64,000 nucleotides of DNA from Amoebophrya sp. A120. Taxonomy: Eukaryota > Protista > Dinoflagellata. The notes under the pieces are model-generated. The model was not told the origin of the DNA. It was given only the letters and a program-made list of their open reading frames with translations, and searched no databases. The stretch covers positions 1,116,001 to 1,180,000 of the forward strand of contig CAJINV010000008.1 in assembly GCA_905178155.1 (NCBI GenBank). The letters run 5' to 3'. Shown here piece by piece: positions 1-13,800 of this stretch. Position 1 is the first letter of the stretch. Every line of letters begins with the position of its first letter. A program made the translations under genes and the position numbers.

Positions 1-339
1 GTGTGCCGGTTCACTTCGGACAGACCTTCGAAGCACACTCGACGCTGGACTGCGAAGTTATCGCAACTGGTACGTGTAGGTTCAGTAATTTTGGTAGAAG
101 TGGTTGTACATGATCTACGTCGACTTCTTGTTATCCTTCTCACCCAGTAGGTTAAGGTTTTATTTCCGTGTCCGCACCCTGCTATCGCTAATAGTAATAT
201 CGCTATACGCCATGGTATTGGTAAGTGCAACTGGTACTGGGATGTTCGTATTTGTAATTTTTCAAAAATCCGAATCAAAACCCCTTGACAAGGTCAACCC
301 GAAAGTGGACAATGTGTCGCGGGAGAGGGTGCAGTTTTC

Positions 340-1464
340 ATGGAAGTTGGTTCTGAGGTGGACAAGGCACATTTCTGCTCTACCAACTGCGAACCCGCGG
401 CCATGTTTGTCAGAACTCATACTGCTGCGCCGGCTGCGCCCAACACGGGCAACGCGAATGCTGCGCCTGCGCCCAGTCTTTTGCAGCCGGAGCACCAGAA
501 GCCTCCCGGACCGGAGTGCGTGGCGGTGAGCAACGTGAGTCTTTCTCGGCTGGGACTGGATCCCAACGACGGATCGTCGCACACGAACAGTCTGAATCTG
601 AACCTGCAAAGCTGCGATAGCTACGTGATGCAACTCTACGGTGGGAGTGCGGCCAGCAAGAGCTGCGCGTTTGCACGGTTCGCGATGAACGGCGAGCTTC
701 CCGACGAGTCTTGCGCAGAGGAGGCGGTCTGCGACAGTACCGCTGCCATGTTGCACAAGTTGCTCCCCACCTTCGACGATAACACAGACTGCGCTTGCCA
801 GCTGTGCACCAAGCTGACGCACTGGTACGACTCCAAGGGCGACGTCGCCTGCAGCAACGGGGAGAGCGTCCGCCTGGCCTGCCAGGTGTGCACGCAACCG
901 ATGTCCGCCAGCGGTTGCGACGCTTTCAAGGTGCAGCACCTCACGCCAGCGGTACAGGAGTTCAACGAACGGGAGGGCACGTCGTTTTCGCCCGTCAACG
1001 TGGACATGTGTATGCTGGATCTGTATAACAACGTGCCCTCGGCGGCCTCCCAGCTGAGCGGCTTCTGCAGCCAGGCGCTCGCGGATGAGGTTGGTACCAA
1101 AGCAGTAGCGACGTTGACGGTGGAAGAGTTCGACTTGAACACACAGTGCACCTGTAGCATGTGTGTGCACTACTCGACCGCAATCGAAGCGAATGCAGTG
1201 CAGGAAATCAAGGACAAATGCAAATCCTGTGTCGCCGTGGATTTCACTGCCGCGACCGTGGAATCTTGTGCCAGTTTCCGCTCCGACACGTTCAACAGTG
1301 CGGGCGCCGCGTGGTCGAACTTGAAGCCTGGAGAGTTAGAGACCTGCACGTTAGCAGGGTTCAACAAAACCCCACCGGAGTACACGCGGCTTCTCAACGG
1401 GCTCTGCACCAAGAATTTCATCTGCGACGCCCTGCAGAACGTGGTACTTACGCCGCTTCAGTAG
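340..1464 (+). CDS. Cysteine-rich hypothetical protein, last exon; gene probably begins before the window (short exon at about 1-69, then a GT intron)
   Basis: 374-codon ORF with GC3-rich codon usage and many CxC/CxxC motifs (CACQLC, CQVC, CTCSMC, CKSC). No family recognised. Confidence 0.6.
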   Translation: MEVGSEVDKAHFCSTNCEPAAMFVRTHTAAPAAPNTGNANAAPAPSLLQPEHQKPPGPECVAVSNVSLSRLGLDPNDGSSHTNSLNLNLQSCDSYVMQLYGGSAASKSCAFARFAMNGELPDESCAEEAVCDSTAAMLHKLLPTFDDNTDCACQLCTKLTHWYDSKGDVACSNGESVRLACQVCTQPMSASGCDAFKVQHLTPAVQEFNEREGTSFSPVNVDMCMLDLYNNVPSAASQLSGFCSQALADEVGTKAVATLTVEEFDLNTQCTCSMCVHYSTAIEANAVQEIKDKCKSCVAVDFTAATVESCASFRSDTFNSAGAAWSNLKPGELETCTLAGFNKTPPEYTRLLNGLCTKNFICDALQNVVLTPLQ

Positions 1465-3052
1465 TTCTCTTGTATTTGTAATCAGGAATACTAGAGAAAT
1501 AGATATAGATCTAGAATCAACTGAGAAGTAAAAACAGTATTCCTATTCATTGAGACTCGCTCTGTTTTCTTCTCTTCTTTCATATGGAGAAAGCAATAGC
1601 AAAATAAATGTGAAACGCGAATGCTGTCACTGGAACTCTGGTCTGTAGGATGGCATGGATCATAAAGTCACCAATGGCAATGATATTGACTTTGGTGCAA
1701 CACGTACAAGGCGGATGTAAATAAAATTTCTGTTGATCATGTTTCGATAAAACATGCACAGGCAACGAGCTTGGGGACAATACCGACCGGCGATGCAGCA
1801 AAGTGCCCCTGCTTGATGTGCCTTGAGATGCGGAAATATTTGGCATCGGGAGGGCAGGGGTGCCAGCATGCGCTGGCTGTACAGAAAGCGTGTCAGACTT
1901 GTGCCGCCAAGTCAGATAGCAGAATTGTTACTCTCCCAGTATGAAGTAGAAGTTGGCTGGCTTGACACGAGGATGACTTTGGTCACCGTCCGTTCCAGGA
2001 AATTCCAACGTTATGCCCAACGCCGCGAGCACCGAAACAGGCCCTATGTATTTTTTCCTCTCGCGAAGAAAACTCTTTAAGTTTGATTCGCATGATAGCT
2101 ATAGCAAGCCGCGAAAGCTTCAGCTTGACGCTATTAGCGGCTTGAAAATCTGCAACAGGGCAGAAACAACTTTCAACACGGAATGGTAGTGATGAAGCTT
2201 CTAGCAGCTTATCGTGATCATGTCCTCCCTGCTTCGCTCCATGCAAAAAAGCACAGCCGCCAGGTTATATGCAACATGAAAGTTGAAGAGGAAAATGATT
2301 GGACTCGCACGCGGCTGTCCACAGAAACTTGAATATCTGATGAGTTGCTTTGTTGCAATGATCGCTCGGTTTTTATGGTCGGTGCTAGAAGAATAGAAAG
2401 TGCATGAACATGGTATTCCGATGGATTCACATTCACGTACCGTTTTAACATTTTGTGAACAACGCCCCGAAAAATTCGGTGATGTCGATCTGAGCGTAGA
2501 ATAATTTCTTGCGGTCAAGTGTCTGTCAAAAATTATGAAATCGTGATCTTCCACTTCCACCTTTCAAGGGCTTGGCAGAAAAATAATCATTGCAGAGTCA
2601 ATAATTGCTCCAGAGCGAAAAAAAAATAAAATTAGAAGAACGCGACCTCGATCGGTAAATCTAAATTGATGCTACAGGAGCAAAGTCATTTCAAAGGACT
2701 GAGTCGGTGACTGTCAAAATCTAGTTCTGAACATATAATGACTACACGTGCATTGTCGTCTTCGTCAAATTTCTCGCCATACTAGCAAGCATTTTTATCT
2801 TCGATCGACAGGTGCTTCAGCGATAGCGACTCCCGTAGCTAGCTGCTTCCGCTTGACATAGCGCCACCGAAGTTGTCCTTTCGTGCTGCGACTTGTTGGA
2901 TAGGCCAAAAAATCGAAATAGAAGTACCGCAATTATTTCGTTAGCTTCGAAATTTGATTCTTACTTTTCAGTGATTGTAGCACCTTCCGACCTATCCCCA
3001 TCGAATAAGCCATCTACTTCCTGTCGCCGCTAGAAAAGAAAAGTCGAAGAAG

Positions 3053-4621
3053 ATGTCTAGCCTTTTGGAAGATTTGCTGGCTTTGTACCCGACGGAGCTG
3101 AGTTGGTTTTGGGCATTGTTTGGGTGTGCCTTCTATGAATTCTTCTTCTACCTCTCGAGGCGGTACTCGCAACTGGTTCTGGTGAAATTTTCCAGCAAGC
3201 CGACGCAACTGAACACGCCATTGGGGGGAAAGAACGAAAAGAAGCATTGCGGGATATCAAAAGCGCCATCTGGATGCATAGTTGATAAGTTTGCGGTATC
3301 GGCTGAAGCGCTACCTTGCACATCGTCGCCTACCTGTGATGCCAAAAGTGTTCCAACGGAAACGACACCCTGCAGCTCTTCGCCTGGAGCGGCTTTTTAC
3401 GCCGCGCTACCGGAAGAAAAGAAACGTGTTTGGGATATGAATGTGGTGTCGCTTTGTTATGCGACCTGTGTAAGCATCGCCGGGTTCTACCAGTCCTTTT
3501 ACCCTGGGTTTTACTTGCGAAAGAGCAACGAAGGTGCGCGCTACGATGGTATGATGATTCCAGGCATACAGCAGCTCCGTTCACTTTTTGGACATCAAAC
3601 AGAGACCCCAAGCGAAATAACATCAGCATGGACCGACTTCGTCTCCGTTCTGGAACCGCACGAGAGAGGCTCGTCATCGACTCTCAGCCACAACATATTC
3701 TCTCCTGCTGCAACTGATGAAGCCTTCCTGTTCCAGATTCGCCGAGCGGGCGTCTCCGAACCGGTGGCGGCCATGGTTAGCTTCTCGGCGGGAATCTTTC
3801 TAGTAGGCGCGATTCGTGAGTATCTTCACGGCGGCTTACCCTACGTCTTCCACCACGTGGCAGTCTGTCTGAACGCGGTGCTCACGCTGCGTCCCTTTTT
3901 CCTTTATTGGTGTGTCTACCTGATGACCTGGGAAGTGAGCAATATCCCCCTGAGCTTGATGCTGTGCTGCGACACCATGCCGGAATTCAAGCGATCAAAG
4001 ACGCACGGTAAGTACATATCAATTTTGAATCACGCTTGATGTTTTTTTGTTCGATTAGGGCTAGACCTAGAGGATAAAAATCAATGGTAATGAAACATCA
4101 CTTCTATCTACGGCTCTGTGACGAGCGCGGAGGTTCTCTTCTACGTAGTTTGCAGATGATCCGTCGGGTTTCCATTCTTATGATGAAAGAATCAAGCGTT
4201 TTCCTTTTAGTTTTACCGGTTTGCTCGCAGGTCAAAAATCAGAAGCAAAAATAAAACAGGTCGCTGCCGTATTATATTCTTCCTGACATTCGTATTCGTC
4301 CGCATAGTTCTCGGGACCCCAATGAGCTACCTTTGCCTGAAAGATTTTTTTCGGGTTGCTTTTTTCGAGGATGACAACGTCGCGTCTTCACCTGGTGACC
4401 GACTGACTGCCCAGATTCTGTCCGCAACGAGCGTCCTGGCGTTCGGTTTGAATGCTTTCTGGTCACTGATCATTCTCTACAAGGGCGCACAAGTTATTTG
4501 CGGCTGTGGCGGGCGGCAAAAAAGTCAAGGCTCACCAGCTTCCAGCCCCAACACGACTGATGAAGTTGATGCTCGCGACGCGGTTCAGCTAACGGATACA
4601 AGTTGTAAAAAGTCAAACTAA
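3053..4621 (+). CDS. TLC (TRAM/LAG1/CLN8) domain membrane protein, TMEM56/TLCD-like; exons 3053-4007 and 4260-4621
   Basis: Motifs YVFHHVAV, MTWEVSNIPL and IFFLTFVFVRIV with several hydrophobic helices. The GT-AG intron 4008-4259 (GTAAGT...ACAG) joins in frame as HGRCRIIFFL. Confidence 0.75.
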
Positions 4622-5985
4622 GTAAGTACAAAACGAAAATCCAAAGTATCGCTGTTACACAAGGACGACCATGAAGATTTATGCCCTTAAGCTGTGTGCA
4701 ACCTTCTCGGGCATTTTTTTCTGTAGTTTTGTGACCGTGAAACAAACAGCACGAAAGGCGTCGCATTCTCATTCATGTGTGCAGATGATCTCCACGACTA
4801 GCAGTCGCGATAGCGTATTGATGCGAAGCACCCTCCAATTATAGCTTGCTACAAACCGATGTCTTTCTGAAACATTTTACCCTCTGAGCCTTGTCTTATT
4901 TACTTGTTGCGCGAATCCGTGACTTTTTCAATAAACTAGATAGAGAGATTAAAGAACTCGAGCTACCCTAATCGCCCCGCTGCAACCCATCTAGTTTGGC
5001 AAGTTGTTGTGCCTGACCACCTCAAAGGATCGACGTAGAAAACCCGCGACTCTGAAGGAACAATCATGATTGATTACCCATGTCCATGATTAGCGGTGCC
5101 GATGCCGGACTTCGGATTCGGAAGCATGAAAACTTGAACTCTCCGCGGCCGATGAAGTGCTTCTTGCGGAGAGTAGGTGCTGTTGCTACCAAGTAGCGCA
5201 GAGGCACATCCGAACGCAAATCGTGGCCACATCAAGCCAAAAGAGAACGGGTAAAAGCCAAGTTGATCCCAGGGAAAAAAGAACTTGAAGTTGTCTACTA
5301 ACCACTCGTGAATGTTGATTGCACAGTGTTCCGGTTTCTTTGCGTGCCGGAGCGATCTAGTTTGCGAACTCAACACGGTCGTGCCGATGATGGCCGCTAT
5401 GAGGAATGATTCGAGCCCGATCTTCTAGTTCTTGCATGATGTCGAACAACAACAAGCGTGGATCCGGTAAAAATATAAATAACAATACGGCGGGCAGTGA
5501 TGTCCACGTCGAAGCAAATAAGATGAGAAAACTAAACTATTGATTAGATGATCAAAACAATAACAAACAGTTGAAGTTGAAGATGATCGTAAAGCGACTG
5601 CCAGCTTCTGGTCCCTCCCTACTTATAATTGATTTCCTTGATCTAGAGCAGATTTTTGTTCTTTTGGTGAAAAGCTTCTTCTAGCAGGTTTGTCACCTGC
5701 ACTTTTGTTTACCTCTTGCTTCATACTTCAATTTCAGGACCCCAGATTAAATGCTGAATTTTATTGCGAAGCGAGAGAATATTGATATCTACTGTAGTTC
5801 TGTTTACTCCCCTCGAGGACAGAAAGAATGTCCTTACGTTATAACAGCAAGTGCTTTAGTCTACTTCTTAGAGATAGAGTTTTTTTCTCACTCTCTTCTT
5901 GCTTGAAAAATTTGGGCATGCCCGGTCGTCCCCTGCCGCCGCGATCCATTCGGAAGGTTGGTCCTCCCGCCTCTACTGCCTGGCC

Positions 5986-7515
5986 ATGAACCTGAACAAG
6001 CGTGGGCGGGGTGCCGGCGCCGGGGCTGGGTACAGCGGCCTAGATTTCCTGAAGAACCGCGTGAAGAAGGCGAAACAGGAGGAAACCGCCGCCACCACCG
6101 AGGAACCGGCGAACACCATCCGGGCCGATGAGGAGGAAACCGTCACCGTTTTTCGCACCAAGGCGGACCTGCAGCGGGAGGAGATGGAGAAGCAGGCACA
6201 GATGCGACTCGTGGAAAGAGAGAAGAAGCAGCGGGACGCCGAGACGAGGCTGGAAAACTTGAAGGCGAATTTCTACAAGGAGCGTCAGGGCACGATGTTT
6301 GCAAAGAACAGGCTGCCGGAGGGCATGAACCTCTCGCCGGAGGAGGAGGAGGAACTGCTGAAGCTGGACATGACCGATACGGACGAAATCAGGAGGATCA
6401 ACAGCACGGACTACTGGCAGGACATCGACGCAAAGGAGCTACAACTGGATGACGAAGATGCGACGCCGCTGTCCTTGACTCTGTGGGAGATCATCTGCCG
6501 CCTGCGCAAGATCAGCGAGCCGATCACTTTTTTCGGCGAGAAGCCGATGCAGCGGTTCCGGAGGCTGCGGGAGAAGGAAAAGGAGAAGGGGATTCTCCTC
6601 GAGTTGAGATCCTCCCGGGGCCACAACGCCTACCAGAAACAGATCCGGGAGCAGGAGCAAATGTTCGTATCCAGTTCCCCAGCGAGTCCGTTTGGCGACG
6701 ACTACTCCGACAGTGACAAAGACGTCGACCACCGTGTAGCAGATTTAATCAGTCCAAGCAAGCTTGAAGATGCCGAGGTGGTCCAGAACAACAGCCAGGG
6801 TGGAGGACGACGAGATGACGAGGCCGCTGGGGGTCGCGACAGCGACGCGCTTGCAATTCCGGCGCCGATATCCTCCTCGGTCAGTAGTTCATCGGCAGCA
6901 AAGAAGCAGCGGCGCAGAAGCTCCGCTGGTGGTCTGAGGACGGTTGCATCTTCTGCTACAACTTCCGCACAAAAGCTGGACGGGGAAAGCAAGGCAGACG
7001 ACGAAAGTGAGAATGAAGAGGTAGATGCGGCTCTGTCAGACGAGAAACTGCTTCGCAAGTGGATAAAGAAGTGGACGAAAATATGGGAGTCGCAACTTGG
7101 CGAAGAATTTGAAAAGGACGAAGACGCACGTTTTTCCGCCCAGGGAAAGCATCAGCTTGCGCTCTTCAGACAGTCGAAGAAGGACATGCAGCCACTGCTG
7201 AAAAGGTTGAAGAAGCAAGACCTTGAAAGAGATACAGTAGTGCTTCTCAAAGAGATGGCAGTGCTGTGTGACAAGCGGGAATACCGTCTGGCGAGTGAAA
7301 AATACATCGAATTAACAGTCGGAAACGCCGCATGGCCGGTCGGTGTCACCTCCGTCGGGATTCACGAGCGGGTGGGGCGAAGTAAGATCTCCAGCAGTAA
7401 TATCGCCAATACTCTGAACGACGACACCACGAGAAAGTGTATGCAAGTGTTTAAAAGACTGATGAAGCAGTGCCAAACAACAAACCCTCCTGATGACGGT
7501 TCCAATGTGTTGTAA
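5986..7515 (+). CDS. PRP18: Pre-mRNA splicing factor Prp18
   Basis: PRP4/SFM-like motif LRKISEPITFFGEKPMQRFRRLRE and the Prp18 signature YIELTVGNAAWPVGVTSVGIHERVGRSKI. Intronless. Confidence 0.93.
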   Translation: MNLNKRGRGAGAGAGYSGLDFLKNRVKKAKQEETAATTEEPANTIRADEEETVTVFRTKADLQREEMEKQAQMRLVEREKKQRDAETRLENLKANFYKERQGTMFAKNRLPEGMNLSPEEEEELLKLDMTDTDEIRRINSTDYWQDIDAKELQLDDEDATPLSLTLWEIICRLRKISEPITFFGEKPMQRFRRLREKEKEKGILLELRSSRGHNAYQKQIREQEQMFVSSSPASPFGDDYSDSDKDVDHRVADLISPSKLEDAEVVQNNSQGGGRRDDEAAGGRDSDALAIPAPISSSVSSSSAAKKQRRRSSAGGLRTVASSATTSAQKLDGESKADDESENEEVDAALSDEKLLRKWIKKWTKIWESQLGEEFEKDEDARFSAQGKHQLALFRQSKKDMQPLLKRLKKQDLERDTVVLLKEMAVLCDKREYRLASEKYIELTVGNAAWPVGVTSVGIHERVGRSKISSSNIANTLNDDTTRKCMQVFKRLMKQCQTTNPPDDGSNVL

Positions 7516-8173
7516 TTGCACAGCGACAGCGACTGCTCTACCAAAATGGAAAACAGAAATCACAATGTAGTGCTGTAGTGCACGTGTCATGATCGTGTTT
7601 ATTCTCGTGCCGGAGCTGCGGCTTTTTCTTGTCTTTCTCGAACGATCTCAAATTTTTGAGCCTTGATCCTCGAACGTCATGAACGCCGACACACGGTCGG
7701 CAGACGTAGTCAAACAAAGAAGTGTTGACTAGAGATGGATCACATTCACGATCACGACACGTATTTCATACTGAATTCAATAATTTGCAATCTGCTGCTA
7801 GTGTTGAAGCTGATGCAAACATGAAATATTCTTATTCCTGAGCAGATCAAGAGTTCTTTTCCCGCCGCGACAAGATCAATCACATACACCATTATAATCG
7901 ACATTCTGATTCTGCTCTTGTTGAAGAACGCTTTACAAGATACAGGGTAAGGAAGTACAGTGACAGCTTTAGCCAGGTAGAACTATATCACGAATTTATA
8001 AGGAGTTGCGACGCACCGACCATTTGACTTCTTGATGTGCTTTTCTCATTAAGTATTGGTACTCCGTGTCGTTTCGTGATCGCGAACGCACGTGCCTAGA
8101 ACTCTTGAACTTTACTTGACGTACTTACAAGTGCTGGCCGACTTCTCTGCGGACGATATAGCACAGCAGAATC

Positions 8174-10063
8174 ATGTCGCTGACGGTCCGACAGGCTCGG
8201 CAGCAGGCTCCTGCGCTGTACAATGTGCTGCAGGAGAAAGGAAAGAACCTTGACGACACCGATGAAATCATTAAGTTCATCAAGCCTTTGCTTCGACAAA
8301 ACCAGCTGAAGCTTGACCAACTCGGCAGTAAGATCAGGCTAATGGACTCGGACAAAAATAGTTTAAAGGCCACCCTGAACCAACTCGACGACGCAACGAC
8401 GGAATTCGAATCACTGTACGTCCACAAGCTGGCGCTCCTGATCTCAAACCTGCACTCAATAGCGGAAAAAATCGGCAGTACGCAATCGCTGACAAACTCC
8501 ATCATTCTGGAGATTCCCCATCCGTACTTCATTTTCAGTGTTGTTTAAGTTTATTTCACATAGGTACGATTACGAAGTTGAAGTAAAGACTGACGTGACC
8601 ATGGCGAGACCTTTGTGTTACAGGCACGTTGTTCTCGACTGTTTACGACGGTGCCACTGTTATGTGTTTTGTTGACTAGAGAAGTAAGCACTTGCTGCAT
8701 TTGACGAAACCTTTGGTCGAACGCAGGTATTTTCAAGTTCTAGCGCGCGACTACCAACTTCAGTTGGAAAGGCTGAAACACTCGATCGACGCCTGTGAGA
8801 CATCACTATGAAATGTAAAAATGTCTGGGTCTGGAAACTTGTGATGCTGGGTGGCGTCTCATGATGAGGCTACGAATACTGGCTGAGCATGACAAGTTTC
8901 TGAGCTCCTAGCTGTTGCCTATTCTGCATGACAAACCGCGGCTCTGCATCACAGAAAAACGGGGCTCTTGGGTAACGTGCATGACAGATTTAAGAGTCAT
9001 GCCAGACAAGCACGACAAACTCAAACTCAAACATGAATTCTTCCAGACCCAGACATTTTTGCAGTTCATAATCACTTGTTGGTTACCAAAGGGAAAGACA
9101 GGAGGCGCTGGCAGTGAACGAATTCCAAGAAAGCGCTGTTACGGTACATTGATTCATTTTTTTACCGTTGCGTGGTTTACTGCGATGAGTGCATACTTAA
9201 CCATAACCATGATAGAAAAGTACAGGAAGTGGAAATTATTGAGATCGAAGTCGAACTACTTCTATTGGCTTGCACAGCTTCGAAATTCTGTACCACACTC
9301 GACACGACAGGGCCGAAAAATCGAAGTTGCGTTACGTGCTAACTACGCTCAGTTCCGGTCCATTGCGGGAGAGCTACTAAAGCTCGAGGAGCGTATGGAA
9401 GAGCTGAAGCAAGCCGCGCAAGTCCAGAAAAATATCAACCTGCGAAATCTGGTTCTCGAAACCGGTACCTCTTCCGTAAGCGCAACTTCCATGACCAACT
9501 ATTTTGGCAACAACGGGGTTGCAGCGAACATGCTAGGAGGCAGTTTGGGCGTTGGGCAACAACCAGGTGGTGCCGGCGCATTTGCCCAGCAACCAGCTGG
9601 AACCGCTGCCCAGCCCGCCATTGGTGGTGGTATGTTCGGCGGGCAAAGCAATGCAAGTCTTTTTGGGCAACCAGGAGCACAAACACAGCCTGCAGCTACG
9701 GGTGGAGGTTTATTTGGAACGCAACCACAGCAGCCAGCGACCGGCGGTGGGTTGTTTGGAAACACGCAACCGCAAAACACCTCCACGGGTGGTGGCCTCT
9801 TCGGTAGCACCACCGCACAACAACCAGCGAACACAGGCGGCGGCTTGTTCGGAAGCACGCAGCCAGCCGCACAAAATACTGGCGGAGGACTGTTCGGCGG
9901 TCAACCGGCGCAGCCACAAAACACAGGTGGAGGATTGTTCGGGGGCCAACCAGCACAAAATACCGGCGGAGGATTGTTCGGTAGTCAGCCAGCACCGGCA
10001 CAAAACACTGGTGGAGGGCTCTTCGGCAACAGCGCCGGTGGCAGCATTTTCGGGGGCAGATAG
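8174..10063 (+). CDS. FG nucleoporin, Nup58/Nup49-like; exons 8174-8523, 8727-8806, 9076-9143, 9311-10063
   Basis: After removing GT-AG introns 8524-8726 and 9144-9310 and the TIR element 8807-9075, the protein reads [40 protein letters not shown]...[33 protein letters not shown] (Nup58-type coiled coil). C-terminal GGGLFG repeats follow. Confidence 0.75.
8807..9070. mobile_element. Introner-like MITE, family A (subfamily A1), in the nucleoporin CDS
   Basis: 30-bp TIR TATGAAATGTAAAAATGTCTGGGTCTGGAA / TTCCAGACCCAGACATTTTTGCAGTTCATA. TSD ATCAC at 8802-8806 and 9071-9075. Removal gives ...CETS|LVGYQ. Confidence 0.93.
9690..10055 (+). repeat. Coding tandem repeat encoding GGGLFG-(Q/P/A/N/T)n FG units
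   Basis: About 8 units of ggcgg(a/t)gg(a/c)(c/t)tgttcgg separated by cagccagc-rich spacers. Confidence 0.85.
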
Positions 10064-10874
10064 CTACTTACCCAAGCCGTCCTACTTGACGTCATGATTC
10101 ACGATGTCGGGCAGTTTCATACAACTACTTGCTAACAAAAATAGACAAGATCTCGGTCACGACATGTACGCACGACACAATGCTGACTTACCCACGCAAC
10201 AGCATATACAATTTCTTGCCAACAGAGGGGGAGCAGGCTGCCACACCTCCGAAACCCACAAGAAACGCAGGCTTTAAATTGAGTCTGTGCTAATGTTGTT
10301 CCCAGGGTTACTTTCGCGCCTCGAGACGCCATGGAAGTTGTTGTAATATCACCGCACAAATTGTGCCTACGTGTAGTCGTCCTCGTCCTTTCGCTTTGTT
10401 TATTCGCCCAACAATCGTACGAAGCCAATCCAAATGTTGATGAGTCAGGCAGTCCTCCTTCATCGTGCCTCTCTCCGTTCGTTCAGCTTGCTCGATGTGT
10501 GCGTGTCGTGTGGTTGTGGCGTTACCTAGAAGGTGCTCACAAAGTAGGTACACGGTTAATGCAATCTCGTTCTCCACCATCAGCATCACATCCGCGTTTT
10601 TCTCGTCGTCGTTCTCATCCTTTGTCAGCACCTCGAAATGTTATCCACTCCTCTGTGCCTGCGCGGGCACGGCTCTAGCGGTTCTGAAATCAAACAAATG
10701 AAAACTCTAGCCGTCAAGGTCAAGCTCAACAGCCCACACTTGTTTCTAGATACTTAAGTTGTATATGTTTTCTGAGTTTTCACTTTCTGATGATTCTTGT
10801 CAGGCCAGCTCCATGGCAGGCACCCTCCTCGAGTAGCATATGAAGCACAAAAAGAATAAAACCAGAAAGAAAAA

Positions 10875-13800
10875 GTGAAAAATTCGTTTTTTCAAGTAGA
10901 TTGTCGAACATCAATCTTGCACCCATTTGCAATGGTATTTCGGTATCACTATCTTTGCTTCGTCGAGCACATCTGGATGTTGACAAGAAGAGGAAGCGTC
11001 TCGTCAGTCTTTTTCTTCGTCGTTAGATCTAGTACGTTCATTGATGTGTTGTTTGCGCTTGCGGTCGGAACTGTGTCATCTTCAATGAACAAGAGCCGTA
11101 TTGTCGGTGCCGACAATAATGAAAATGCAGATATCAACCTCACGCTCACGCGTAGAAGTTTCCTCGAGAAGAAGAAGTCGAGGGCGAAGGTCCTGCGTCG
11201 AGTTCGGCGTACTACAAAAAAATGTAGTGGTGACGCTGAAGATGAATATGAAACCGATAAGAAGAACACAACGACCGTTACAAGTACGACGACACAGAGT
11301 AACCGCGCACCAGACACCAGCTCCGCGGGGGCCGCCAGCACAGTTACCCCAACTGTCACGCCGACGCCAGGTCTTCTCCCCGAGCTCGCGTTGGGAACGC
11401 GCATCGCCATCGATGAGTGCAGCGGGGAAGCGATATCCGGCACCAATCCCTGCGTCGTGTTCCTCAACTACGTTTCCTTCTCCCTGGAGGCCTGCGAGAC
11501 CTACAACCCGAATCGCTTCACGTTGAAGGCCTTTCGCACCGAAAACCGCCAAACGGACATCGCGGAGCAAACGAGTGTCAAGTTTTTGCTTTACGACAGC
11601 GTCTTGTGGAATCAGTTCAGCTTTGGAATCCAAGAGAACTCCTGGTACTGGCGAGCCGATCCAGCGGACCCGGGTTTTAACCAGGTGTCGAAGTCCCCCC
11701 CACTGAATCCCGACAATTGCGGCAACCAGCTCCATTTTGTTTCCCAGTCCTCTGGGACGACGTTTGCTGCCGATAACAGAAGCCAACCTCCTCCTCCTGA
11801 TTTGCGAGCGGAGCTGCGACGGTCCTTGGTCGATGATAGTGGGCCGGAGCGAGCGCCGGACTGCAGACGGGTGCTGAATTTCCGGGTAGATTCGACATCC
11901 ACCGCGGAAGACGGACTGCTCTACGTGCTTGTGGAGCGGAAGACGCCGGAAGAGCAAAATGCCCCGACAAAGAACTGTGTAGGATATCTTACAAGGGAAA
12001 ACGGGTAATTGAAACGGGATAGCGACTTTTCCAAAACTTTTACTTTGACTTTTGGCAAAGTCGCTATTTTGATCGTCGGCAATTCATGCTTTGCGACAAT
12101 TGTTTGGACCGTGCTGCCTTTTGCTGGTAAGTCCGCACTTTGGGAGTGGCAGAGCATGAAAGGGCGGCACCTCTTCGCCGCGGCGTGTGCCCGCCAGCTG
12201 CCTGCCATTTTGATCGACGCCTCCAAGCAGGCTGCGGGAAATGCCACCCGCCGCGCATCGGACGGGCAGCGCCTCCGTGGTCGGTTGTTCGCGATTATTC
12301 GCGAGCGCTGTGGGGCCCTGTGCGCATTTTGTGCACCTTTTGAAGTGGTGCGCGGGCGCTGGCCTTTGGCCTTTCAGTATTCGCCCGGATGTTGATCGCC
12401 GCCTCGCGCTTCGGAAATGCCGGGGCGCGTCGGCCCTCTTCGCCCTGAGCGCCTTTTAAATAAGCAATGGCACTGGCTGCCAGGGCCCGAATGGGCGCGC
12501 CGCCCCGCCGCGGTGCCTTGGATGGCACGCCGGCCGCGCGCGGTCCTACGTACCTTTAGCCCCCTACATTCTGGCCCGCCGCTTGGCCATTCTTACAAAA
12601 TAGAGGCCGTCGCGCCCCGGTATTCTGTATCCTGCCCGCCTTTCCGCGGTTACGCGACGCGACCGAAGCGCGCGCCAAAGAAAGGCGCCCCCCTTTTGCA
12701 ATCAACGGGCAGAGGCGGCTCCTCCGCTCGTCTCGCTAGCGGTGGCAGAAGTGTCAAGGGCCTGCGGTCGGGGGGCCACCCCGATGGCCGGCGCGTGATA
12801 TGGGTCTGTGGCGCGTTGTGGTGGCGCCACCTGTCTATTTCTGTTGCCCGTCTATTCTGCTTCGTCTGTTTGAACGAGAGAAGCAGAGAGGCAGCATACC
12901 ATGCGGTCCGACGTCGGACCGCATGGTATGGCGCGCGATGGTGGGCCGACCTCTCGCGCCAGGCCGTCCGTGCGTGCGGCGGGCGTCGCGATGTGTGGCC
13001 GACCTCTGCCGGTTGGGTGGGCTTCCCCGGTGGGGTGTTCTTTGGTTCAGGAAATGGATAACGCAACTCCCCCGGGTGGCCCGCCCCACAAGCGAGCCGG
13101 CGGGCGGGGGCCCCGTGGCCCCTCTGGGTGGTATGTTGCTCTCCAGCACGAGCCTGTGTGCCTGGGTGGTTTGCCTTCTCTTGTAAGATGTACTGTAGCG
13201 ACCCCGTGGGCCGGCTCTATCTCTGCAGCTTTCCTGACAAGAACCGCCAAAAACGGCCGGGGGCTTGGGGCGTTGGCTCGCGTTTTTTCGCATGTTGAAG
13301 ATGAAAAAAACCCAAGCGCGCCCGCCTGTTTGCTTTTGTCTTCAATGAATGCAGTCGCCGGCGGGCTCAGTCGGCCGCCGGTAGAAAGACTGAAAAAATG
13401 ACGTAGGGGGGCCGGCAAACGTGGCACCCTTCTCAGGCGTCGGCCGCGTGGGATTCTGGCGCGCGACTTGGGGTGCCCAAAAGGGCGCCCCAAAAAACTC
13501 GCCCGAAGCCAGAACAGCGAAGCCGTAGGGCAGGGCCGCGAAACCGGGCGCGAATCGAAAGCGGCCGCCCTTGTGCCGGGTTCTCAGCGGGGGGCGCTAG
13601 CTTTGCAAAAGGCGCGGGCGCGAAAAATAACACACAACGCAAAAAAGAAGAAACGCGCCAAGCGCGCGAAGCCCGCCCGCATCCTATGGGCCCGCTTTTC
13701 CTTCGGTTTTTGGGCGCCCCCCGCGGTGCCCGGGTCGGCCCGATAGCGTCGGGGTTGGCTTTCGGGAAGGCGTTTTGGCAAGTTGCCCAACGCCTGCCAT